From: the human T2T-CHM13v2.0 reference genome, Homo sapiens
Assembly: GCF_009914755.1 (NCBI RefSeq)
Contig: NC_060930.1
Length of the DNA stretch: 64,000 nucleotides
Strand: one strand, 5' to 3'
This document shows positions 30,135 through 41,950 of this stretch, piece after piece (the first letter of the stretch is position 1; each line of letters starts with the position of its first letter). The notes beneath the pieces were generated by a model, which saw only the letters and a program-made list of their open reading frames with translations, had not been told where the DNA came from and did no database searches. Position numbers and translations under genes: made by a program.

Positions 30135-33100
30135 GTATGTGAGCTTGCATCCTGCTCATACACCCTTCACATTCCTTTCCCCACAGTCATAAGCTGGCCC
30201 CCAACAACTGGAGCTGAATGACAGGTAAAGTGGGGGTGGGGTGTGGGCTGTGGTAGTAGAGTTTCTCCAGGACACAAGCTGAGAAGTTCCTAGGAGGGCG
30301 GCTGCAGCTCTTGCATCCAATCACAGAAGCAGGAGTCTTCCTCCACTGTCCTGCCCACCTTAGGTCCCCACGACCATTGAGCAGCCGATCAACTCAGTGA
30401 CCATGCACAGGGTTCCCTGCAGGAGCCGGGGGAGGTGTCGCTAAAAGGAGTCCTAGTCCGAAGCAATATTGTCTGGTTATGGAAATAATCACAAATGCAA
30501 GAAAAGTCTAATAGTCATTGAAGATTTCAGTAACAGTATCTAGTAAATCACAAAGTCCTATGTAATTAATTACCATGTGAACTTCCCAGGCAGTAAATGC
30601 CGGAGAAGGGATGAGTAATGTGCGTATTCCTCCCTGATTTGCTGGTCAGGAAAGGCCCCATGAGAAGGAGGGAGAGAAAACCCCCGAACACCAAGCACTG
30701 ACTGTGTGTTCACAGTTGTTTCACATTCAGTCCTCACAATAACTTTGCCCATTTTTATAGATCTAAAACATCAGAGACTCAAAATATATCCAACTTGTCT
30801 GAGGCAATATGGCTGGTAGGACGTTCTGATTCCAAAGACCATTTCTTGGTTGGATGAAAACTTCTTGTTAGGTAGGAGTCTGTGGGGCATCTTAGGCAGA
30901 CAGCATGGCTATGAGTCTCTTGGACTTTATAGAGTGTTACTAACTAATTTGCAATTTTAGGATCCTCCCACTTCCCCCACTGGTGTCACCTTCACTTGCA
31001 TTTATTATAGCATTAAAAAATTAATTTGAAGAAATAATAAATTCATCACACAATTTAATTCCACTATCTTTGTGCATATGACATGATATTAGTGAGCAGA
31101 AAAGTTTTGTTTTCCTGCCCAATTACTTTATTTTCCTTTTAAATCACTTTCTGTAATTTTAAATGTATACTTTTATCATTGACTTCTGTTACCTCTTAGG
31201 TAGTTTACAAAGCTCTTTCTCATCTAGCATCTTATTTAATCTTCCCAGCAACCCTGGAAAATAGGAACCAGCACTTCCCAGGGAGACAGTGTGAGGAAGG
31301 TCAGCCATGTTCACCTGAGGAAAATTCAAATACAGTTTATGGAATTCTTATGATTATTTGAGCACATTTAATCTAACAGTAAATGGTTAATGATTTTTTT
31401 TACCTTATTTTCCTTTCTTTTCCTCTCAATATTGTTACGTGGTATAGGAAAGCTATTTTTAATCCCTTTCTGCCTGTAGCAAATGGGAATCATGTAGAAA
31501 GGTTATAAGACTTCAAAAGTGTGTGTTTGACTTGTGAAATTAAAATTACTTTTATTTGACATTTCTACATCAAATATTGCAACTTGGGCTTTACGCATCA
31601 TCACCTGATTCACTTTCCCCATGGCAGATAGTAATCAGTGATGCATGCTGACACAGTTTGGTTAGAGCGTTAGTTATCATGATGTACATTATAAATGGTG
31701 TGTATATGCAGGGGTGTGTGGGTATACCTAAGCCTATAATTTTCTGTAAGTGAGAATTCCAGATGAACATTAAAGGTCCATGGGTATTTTCCTCTATCCC
31801 ATCAGATGGGTGATCTGTTGAGATACTAAGTGACTTGTATACTTTGGAATTTAACTTCTGCATTTCATTATTGTGCTGAGGTAAAAGTGTAGCATGCATA
31901 CATGCTTGTGGACCGTTATTATTCAGGCTTCTTGAATAGTGGTTGAAATTTTCACTGACTTTTCACAAATGTTTTCATTTTGTCATGTAACTTTACTTTT
32001 TCTTTTTATCTGTGATTATTGCAAGATGTCAAACTTGTAGAAGGAAATTTTGACTATATGAGTATCAAAATCATGTCGACGTAGAAACCTTCCTTATTTC
32101 AGCCTTTAAAAAATATATATACCCTGCTTCTCTCTTAGGATTATAAAAATCACAGACTGGGTCAATTCAATCTACTTTTATATTTTGATATAGTCTCCAT
32201 AGCTATATCTATTTGCTGTGTTTTGGTAATATTGTTCAACTGATTTTTAATTTAATGTGGGACTATTTCATTGAGTATATAAAAATAATATTTTATTAAT
32301 GTGAAAAATTCCCAGTGCTTAAAATGTACCCAGGAATTGTGCCCCTTCAATCAATGCTGATATATTCTCTATCTTTGTGTGGTACTTTGTCAACTAGGAG
32401 TTTTTGAAACCGCTCTCTTCACTAAGATGTCTGGTATTGTTTTGTTGTTCTTAAAATGCCATTCTTTCTTTGGTTTCTCTGCCAGAGGAGTGAAGGGCAG
32501 ACCGGCTCAAATATACCATTGCCCTCCAGTGCTCACTACAAAGCAGCTCCAAGGGAAACCGTTGGTGGAAGCTCCCTGAGCCTCACCATCCTGCAGTTCC
32601 TGTGAACATGTAAATGGTGCTGCTGCCCTCCTGAAAAGGAAAGGGATACCTGGCACTGTGTGGGCTCCTTTCTCTTTCATTTCCTCTGGCAGGCTGCTGA
32701 GAAAAGGAACCCCACATGGCAGGAGCAGTGCTCCTCTGTGTCAATGAGGACAGCTATTTAATTAGCCCCCTAATTAGCCTTCTCACAGGTTCTCAAAGCA
32801 TGTGTGTGGGAAAAAGGAAAGCTGGGCAATGTATTTAATGCTAATTGATGGGGGGGTGCCTTTCTTTAGGCTCCCATTAATCTTGTCTATAGGTTACAGT
32901 ACCCTCCTGAGCAGTCTGCTTGTTTCTAGCCTCAATCTGTGGTAACCCATGGCCCCCAGACCATCACTATCTTTCCCAAGAAAGGGAACCACATATATTG
33001 AGGGCCTATCCATGCTGAGTGTTTTGCAGGGACTCCCATTTCCACTGCTAAGTCACCCCTTAACACTGGTGGGTGTTGTTTTCTTTTTACAGATGGAGAA

Positions 33101-33416
33101 ACTTAAATTCAGAACTAGGATGTTGATCTGGCTTGAAAACTTTCATTAGCTACCCTGATCATCATTCAGGTGCATTATTTCTCCCACAAAAGTCTTTAGC
33201 CTCATCTTCAAGGCCAGGCCTGTTCCTCCCTGGCTTCATCTCCAGCCACTGTGCCTTTCCTAGCCTGCTTTGTTCTGGGCCCTAAGGCAGAGTTTTCATA
33301 TTGGGACTTGCCATTAGGGGAGAAGATTCATTGGTAGATATCCTCAGTGGCGGGCAGAGCCTCTCAGTCCCCTTTAGATTGTACCAAGGGGTAGGAATGG
33401 GGAAAACTTCATACAG

Positions 33417-33446
33417 ACACACACACACACACACACATACACACAC
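33417..33446. repeat. (CA)n microsatellite
   Basis: About 15 units with one TA interruption. Confidence 0.95.
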
Positions 33447-33804
33447 CATCACCTCTGCTGATGCACAATGCCATAAGATCAGGAATATTGGCAACTGAAT
33501 TTTGTGTTACATCTCCTGCAAGTGATGCATCAGAAGCTTTGATGAAGATGTCTCTTTTTTGCCGTTAGCTTTCCAAAAAAGAAAAAAAAAAGTTTATACA
33601 TTTTGTATCACCTTGCCCAAGCATATTATATTGTTTTATTAACAACCATTCTTTATGTGCACCAAGTATCATTGTCTTTTTAATAATATGCAATTTAAAT
33701 GTATTGATAAACAGAACCATCATGTAGACTTTTCAAATAAAACCACCAAAGTACTGAATACGCAACTCCCTTTTTGATAGGAATATAAGTTTAATATCTA
33801 TTGC

Positions 33805-33824
33805 TAGACAGCAGGTGGCAGTGT
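33805..33824 (+). promoter_or_regulatory. Candidate CTCF motif (forward orientation)
   Basis: TAGACAGCAGGTGGCAGTGT, against core CCASYAGRKGGCRS (one mismatch). Confidence 0.45.
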
Positions 33825-36339
33825 GAATCCACCAGAATTCAGTAGTTAATTTAAAGCAAAAATCAGAAAAAATAATGAAAAGAAAAATTATTTATTTTGC
33901 TACATATTAGTCTTCTGACCTAATCAGTAAAAAAGTCATTATTCACACCACACTGGGCAATATGCACTGTAATTTTTAACAAATAATAGGAAACTGTTAA
34001 TGTGTTCACAGGAAATACAGTTTTGTCTTGGGCTGCTGTGGTCATTTATCAGCACACTTTGTGAAATCACTCATTTGTTCTAATTTGAATGTAAATGACT
34101 CTAAGGTTTTACAAATAAGGTGACAGACTCACATAAATGTAATTGCAGGGTTCATCTCCCTCTTTTTATATATCACTCATTAGGTTATGAATTAAATACA
34201 TCGTATTAAACCAGGGGCATGTCCAATGATGATATTGTAATGGCAAATTACTCTATGCTATTAGAGGTGTATTTTTTATTCATGGACATTAATTTGTCAT
34301 TAAGCGGCATTAGTTTAGCACTTTTATGTGAAAGACGTGACCTGCAAGAGGAGGCGTGCTGCTGGGATGTGAGAGGCTGGGACGCAAGGGCGATAGGTAG
34401 AGCATTTTATCATTGTAAGGGAAACAGAGAAGGGGGGGGTCTGTTGCATTTGTTTTGTTTTCTGTTTTTACAGCATGAAAGATCATTTCCTCAGATTGAA
34501 GGCATTGTTCTGTTTACAGCGTGCACATGTGGATCATCGAGTAAAGCAAAGCCCAAATTCTTACTATTCTTCACTCAGAAGCCAAGGAGGAACATAAAGG
34601 GAACAGGAGGGAGAAAGGGTCCTGCCCTAAATCTCCTTCTCTGTAACTGATGTTTACTCAGCATCCCTTGTCTTCGTTAAATTTTACACTAAGTGGGCTA
34701 CAGTGAAAATTAGTTATTTTCTCTCTTCAGTTAAGGTACAAAGGTTTAAAAAATGCTATTCTCTCACTAGGGAGTTAAGGAGAATTCTGGGTGATTTTGT
34801 TCCTTTTTTTTTTTTTTTTTGTACCAATGGCAATTTCAGTAAGAAACTATGTTTCCACTTTCAATTCTGAGAAGCACTAGATTCTTGAAATACCTACATC
34901 AGGGCTGAAGGTATCTGAGTGCTGTTTTTGCATCATTCTGCACATGGTTTAATGTAGTTGGAAAATGTCTCACCACCTCCAGTTACACTGTGGGGCTTTC
35001 GAGCAGAGGGATCACACCTTATACTGATTTTATGCCTTATACCCTCCCTCCCTTCACATCGTGGGAGTTCATTATGTACTGAGGGATTGAAAGGTGCCTC
35101 CATTAAGTAATTTTTCTCTGCTTTTTAAATATTAAAATTTATGTTATAGTAGGAAAAATATACTACCAGCCTTTCATTAGTTTTGCCCACTGAATACATT
35201 TTTTTGTTAAAAATACTTTCTTCGGGGATTAAATTTGACACTGAGGAGCTCACATATTTTACAGTATTATAATAGATTATCATTTTTAATTAAGTAATAC
35301 TACAATGACTTATAGGAGGTTATCTCTTCTAAACAATGTATTATTATAATTTTAATTATTAAATTAAGAGTATCACCCAAATACATAATATATAGTGGGT
35401 GTTCTGAAGACAATAACTTCTCCTCAAGATTGAGGAGAAGTTATAACTCATGTTCATTTTTCTTCAACACTGAACCATTTTTTCCCACATTAGAGAAGAC
35501 AAATGATTGTACCAACATATATATTTAATGTACTCATAATCAAATGCACTGAGTGCTGTTCCATAGTTCACTAGAGCTGAGGCTTTTGTGTTTGGAGAAA
35601 GTTAAAGTACAAAGTTTGGAAAACATATTACAAGTGGTTTAATCTTTTGGATTATTTTTAATCAGCGAAAATGATCAAAAAGGGTGGAAATGTATCAGAC
35701 CTATTAAATCATAGCCAACTAGTAATTATTTGTTCTAATCAAGAGTATTTGCTATCTGGCATGGGTAATCCAGAATATCATATTTGCCAAATAACATTCA
35801 TATTTGGCTTTGAAATGCATCATAAGATCTGCAGTAGCCATTTTAGGGTCCCAATTAATTTTTTTCATATGCTATTATGTTGGCTTTTATTCCCTAAGCC
35901 CACACTAAAGGATGTCAGGAAGCGACAGCCCAGAGGCACACTGGCTGGCCAGGGAAGTCATTTCAGCATTTTAATCTGTTATATGGATAATGTAGGATTG
36001 ACTGTATCTTCGTTTGTGAGGATTTTAAAGAGGAGAAAGATTCTCCTGAAAGAATATCTCTTGAAAGAGTTCACTAATAATATTAGTCATTTCAAACCTA
36101 AGCTAACTGTTGTCAGCTGGGTGATTTTAAAATCACTTTCAGTATGCATTTTTCTTCTTAAAAATGAAGTGTTTCCAGGATTTTATTCATGCTAGAGTTC
36201 AGAATCAATAATCAAAACAAACAAACATCAATCTCACTGAGTTCCATTATTAATACTTGGAAATTGGTGGGGGGTGTGTAAAAGAAGATCTGTGTTTCAT
36301 TTGAGATATTTATTCTCCCACCCACCCATCTGTAAATAT

Positions 36340-38200
36340 TTCTAGTCATGGTGAAATGTCTCTCCTCTTTCCTGAAGCTAAACCACCTTTCTGCTCCTTA
36401 TTCCATCAGTTACGCCCTGTGTTTCCTCTGGTTTTGATTTCTCCTACTTTACTGGCACTTTTCTTTCAGTTTATAAATAGGATCAATAAGGCAGGAGACA
36501 CTCTTCTTCATCTCTCATTACCGCAGCTGCTCCTTGCCCTCACTACCCAACTGTACCCAGTGTCTTCACTCCTTACCTCCTGTTCATTCTTCAGGCCCAT
36601 TGAACTCAGTGTTCTGCCTTCATTACTCCTCAAAAGTTCTTCCAACAAAGGTCACCAAAGCCTCCTTATTGTCTGATGCAGCAGGCCTTTGTGGTATCCT
36701 AAGTGACTCCTCTACAGCATTTAAACACCGGGAGCTGCATTCTTTCCTGCTCCTCTCTTTCTCGGGGCTCTCTCCTATTCTCCTCCTACTCATTTTCAAT
36801 ACCTTTACAAGTGTTCTTCCATTAGCTCCTTGACTGTCCCTCAAAGCATGGGAGCTCTGCATGGGCACCCTTCCCTTCTGCTCACTATCACTCTCTTTCA
36901 TGCATCTGGGGAGGGTTACTGACTCCAGCCCTCTCTCCTGAGCTCCAGCCCTGTATGTTCAGCCAGCATTTCACTTGATATGCCACATGCTGCCCAAATT
37001 CGCCTTTGCCCAGTCTCACACACCTGTTCCTCCTCATACTCCCTGTCTTTGTTAAGGGACCATCATCTTTCTAGTCACTCAAACCTTGGCATAATCTTAC
37101 ACTCTGCCAAGACCTCATGAATTCCACTAAATAGTGTTGGTTTAGCCATTTAAATCTTTCTCAGATATGCTACCTTCTCTTTCTCCTCCTTGTCATTGAC
37201 GTCATTCGGGTTGGGACTATTTTTCCTGGACTGCCCTGCAATAACTCAGCTGCGCTCCCTGCCTGTAGTCTAATGCTAATCAACACTGGACAATCTAAGT
37301 TATTTGTCTGGTCCACAAAACAATTTCTTTCCCTAAAATCCAAGCTAGCTTTCCATCTTTTGGTTGCAGAACCATGTCCTTTCTATTTCTTGTCTCTATA
37401 ATGTACCCTATTCTGACTGTACCCCATGGACAGCTTGTCTTAGCTCCAGGCCAGCTGCCTAGTCTACACTTCGGCTTGGGTATTTCTCAGGCACATGACC
37501 TCTCTGAGTGTGAACCCAAGCCAGAAAACCAGGAGTCATCCTAGAATCTCCCATCTCCTTGAGCCCCACATACACTGACACAGAGACCTTTCAGCCCCAC
37601 CCCCTTAACTTGTTAAATCTCTCTCATTGTCTCTCTTTCCACTACTACTGTCTTCAATCAGATCCACATTACTTATTTTATGGACTAAAGCAACTTCTTG
37701 CTAACTGATGAACCTGCTTTCCCTCTTGCCCCATTCCAGTACAGAATTCCAAAATTCTGTTTGATAGATTTTGAAAAGTTTTCTTAATCCATGAAAAATT
37801 CTGTTTGATTGATTTTTTAAAAAAATCACAACCTGATCATGTCATATCCTTGCTTAAAATTATTCATTATGATGAATGTGGTTCACATAGTCTTCAGGAT
37901 GAGGTTCACTCCTTTTAATTTGGTACACAGGGCCTGTCTTTATTATGAAATGTGCTATCTCTTTGGCTTTTTTTTTTTTTGACAATTTACTACCCATGTG
38001 CAATGCCTGTTCCACAGTCATTATGAACTTTGTGCATTTCCCTGTACCTAATCCTCTTCATACGAAACCTCCTTTTCTGTGAATTATTTTTCCCTCACTT
38101 TGTCACCTTCTGAATTCCTATTTAACTTTCAAGTACTTGGCTCACATTGTCTCCTCTTCCAGAGTTGCCTGATCAATCTACTCAGTTGGAATTATATCTT
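36340..38200 (+). mobile_element. L2 fragments
   Basis: C/T-rich L2 motifs (ctctctcctgagctccag, caccatcatctttctagtcactcaa, ctgatcatgtcatatccttgcttaaaa). Confidence 0.6.
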
Positions 38201-38289
38201 CCTCCTCTTCTTTAATTATGGGCAATCTTCTGGGAGGCCATATTGTTTGTGTTAATTTACTTATCTGTCTCCCCAAGACGTAAGTTTAT

Positions 38290-38475
38290 GTCCCAAAGTT
38301 GTGTGATGTCGGACAAGTTACTTAACCTCTTTGCCCCCCAACTCCTCATCTGTGAAATACAGATATGGTATCCTATATACAGTCTACCTTTTAGGGATGT
38401 TGAAGGATTCAATGAGATAGTGCATGCAAAGTATCTTACAAACACAGTATCCTACATCGGTGAGTGCTCTATAAA
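38290..38475 (+). mobile_element. MIR
   Basis: Core ggacaagttacttaacctctttgcccccaactcctcatctgtgaaat. Confidence 0.75.
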
Positions 38476-39554
38476 CCAGAGCCGATATAATGTGGTGCTT
38501 CACCTGTGAATTCCTCTATTAATTCCACAGTTATCCTCCTACCCAATCCCCTCACCCCTGTCTTCCCTCATTTCTGGAAATGTCAGCAAATTTTCTGCCT
38601 ACTTCAAATTGACAACCTATTGGACAAATCTGTTCCTGAAATTTTGGGGAATAATCACCATTCTGTAAAAGATATTCTTCCTCTTAGCCACTTCTCTTTG
38701 ATTTTGCTGAAATGCATACATTGTTTTTTAGAAGCCACAAATAATTAAATGAACCGTCACTTTCTCTCTGCCTCTGAAATTTGAAAACATCATACTGAAA
38801 TTGTACTTTAATAAATAATAAAATAATGCTTTGACAAAAGCAACACAATACATGGTATTGACACTTTGTAGACAGAAAATTTTGTTGTATTGTTTCCCCT
38901 GCCCTTTCTATAATTAAAACATCTTTCTCCATCCTGGTATACAGAATCCAAGAAACAATTGGAAAAGTTTTTCATCTCTAGTTCTAGTGCATGGTGGTAC
39001 TTAGAAACACATATTGTCTGATTGGATTCCTTCTGCATGTACCATAAGAGCTCCCTATGATAGAAACTTTGATTATAAAGTTGCATGATATCCTATGCTT
39101 CCTGACTAGGGAACATAAAAACTGTGTATTTATTTAAAAGAAAAAAAATCTGAATTTTTCCTTACTGGGAGAATGCTATCCATGTGTCTCACTTCCCTCC
39201 AGCTGTCTTTCTTTCCTCTGGCTTTCCTTCCAGAGGAAGGAAAGGAGTGTGAAGGGGTGGAGACTTCTCTTCCCCTCTTCCTCACTGTCTATCCACAAGT
39301 ATCTTTTAGACCAGGCTACCAACCTTTTTCCTGCTGCACATCAAGGGGCATGTGCCACAGGCCCTAGGAAGTGGCTGCTTGTCTGTGTCATGGACTTGGC
39401 TCCAGATACCCTGGCCTCAGTCCTGAACATTCAGTATAACGTTTGCCTACTTCAGAGGCACAGTTGAAGGCCTCGGGTCACACAGTTTGTTTGCTGCAAC
39501 AGTATATTTATGCAGGACAGAGTCATTCCTGTCTTCACTGAAATGCATACTCCA

Positions 39555-39742
39555 GAGTAATGATTCCTAAACTTGATTATGCAAGGAATCATCTGAATGG
39601 ATGGCTAAAACAGACTGCTTGGGCCCCACTCCAGAGTTCCTGTTTCAGGAGGTCTGGGGAGGGCCTAAGAACCTGTATTCTAACAAGTTTTGAGGGATGC
39701 TGATGTCTGAACTAGGGAGCACAGTTTGAGAACTCCCGCTCT
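39555..39742 (-). mobile_element. MER5A-like
   Basis: Motifs gggccccactccagagtt...ggtctgggg...taacaagtt and agtttgagaac. Confidence 0.7.
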
Positions 39743-41749
39743 AGATTCTGTTGCCACACTGCTTTTTATCAAGTACCTGACTGTTAAGTCACTGATATTC
39801 AGATTTTGAAAGTGTATTTGTCACATTTAGATGAATTTGAATTGCTCCTAGTAACATAAAGATATTGATGCTATGTATGCTTCATAGCATCCAAAAGATA
39901 AAAAGCGAAAATAATGCAAATCTGAAACAAACAAACAAAAAAACCTTCCAGGTCTCACTCTTATTCGTAATAATGATTAAGACAGTCTGTAGGTAAGTGA
40001 GGGATTTAAAAAAAAAAAAACAAAAAAACTACTTTATTAAGTTATGATTGACATACTGAGGGATGATTTAAAGTCTGCAGTACTGGGCTAATTTTCAGCA
40101 ATCTGACTTTGTGTACTAGAGCAAGTAGGGAAATAGATGATAATGACTTCTATACTATTCTTTTAAACATTTTTAAACTGATTTTGCCTATCCTGGTTCA
40201 AAAAGTACAGTTATTGAAATTTTAGTTTTAAAACCCTAGTTGCTCAGATAAACTATTTTCAATTAAAAGAAAATATATATATATATTAATTTCTTATATA
40301 TATTCCATATTCATTGGCAATCTCCTTACGTGCTGAGTCAGGTTTAGTGAACTTTGAAACAGCATTTTGCAGCACGTAGTGACTGGGGCCAGAATTATTA
40401 GTTATTGTTGACGGCTATGTTTCACTTCCTCCCTACTAGATTTCCAGCTTACTAGAGAATTTCCCAAGGAACAATATAAAATTATTCATGAGCCTTGGGT
40501 ATTATGCATACAATTGATTATGAAAATGTACTAGTAACCTAATTGTAGAATTCCTCTGTTACACAGCACAAATGTATTTAAATAGGCCTTGCAAGACTCC
40601 AAAAATTAGAGCATGCTGGAGTTTTCCTTGTACTTTTGAATTGCTGCTAATACTTTGTTTTCATTTAATCAAATTGTATCATATACATATGCATATCAAT
40701 GTTTGAATATATCATTACATACAGTTGTCCATACATATTTACATATTTATATACAAAATATGCCTATATCTCTCTGTATGTTTATACATATAAACATATC
40801 TGAGTTTGATTATTTTATCATATTACAAGTTATCTGGCCTGCATTGTCAATGAATTGCTCATTTTTTCTTCTATAACAATTAGACTTTATCCTATCAACT
40901 CTATGACAATGTTGAGAAAATTCGCAGAGCCCTTCACATGCACAATAAACATGATAACTTCTTTCCTATATAACTGATCCCAAGGCTATTAAAAGGTTTG
41001 GATTTTGTTTATTTATTGGTTTGTTTCAACCTGTTCCAAAGGCCAGACCTTACCGCACATCCACACCAGCCCCCTTTATGTTGCTTTCTCTACTCCTGGA
41101 GTACCAACCTTTCCTGCAGCACCAGGTTAGGTAGTCACATAATACCTTGATTTATAACTCAGTTGTAATCAAAATAGGAAACAGGTGGAATCACAACTGG
41201 GTATGGTGCCTTGGATATTAATGGCTTGGCTCAGCAGTGGAATTTCTAAAGCCGTATACACTTTTTTGTCTTAATTATGCATTCATTAAAAGCTTTTATA
41301 CCCAACAGAATAAAGTAAATATTTTTTGATCTCCATAGTGTGCTCCCAGACTGTAGATTTGCACAGCGGGGTCTTGATAATCTGAATAAATTGTATTTCC
41401 CCAAGGAGTTTATCTTTCAAATAAGGTCATAAAGAAATGCAGCTCCCCCATCCGTAGATTTCTCCATGTGCCTTTTCTGCTATGAGTAATATAGAGCTTG
41501 AGAACCAGAGTATATTATAGTAATACATACTTGCTTATGGTCCAGTATAATGTCTCTATCTGTTCTCCCTGCTTATCTCCAGTGAAGTATTTTTTGAGTA
41601 CAAAAGAAATGACAGCTATGGTTTTTGCTGACACTCATAGAAAAACAATGTCCATATTAGACATTCAGTGTTTTCTTCCCTTTACCCGCTCAGTGAGTAT
41701 GGACTATGCAAAGCTATAGTTTAAGTACTGTTAACAGCATTTGTAAAAG

Positions 41750-41950
41750 GGAGTAATGATAGCTACTGTATGTTGAGCATCTACTATGTAGAAGGTACTT
41801 TATCTGCACTTTTGAGAATCCTTATCACAGATCTGGAATGCAGTGTCACTTTTCGCAATTTTTAGATGAGAAAATTAGACTTGAAAAGATTAACCACTTC
41901 CTGAGGCCATCCAGATGGGTCAGCTCCAAATCATGTGTTTTTCCTACAGC
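41750..41950 (-). mobile_element. MIR
   Basis: Motifs ttgagcatctactatgt and tttagatgagaaaatt. Confidence 0.6.

Noticed and set aside
35671-36195. Longest ORF in the track (174 aa)
   Set aside because: No recognisable domain, AT-rich intron-like composition and no splice or promoter support. Consistent with chance.
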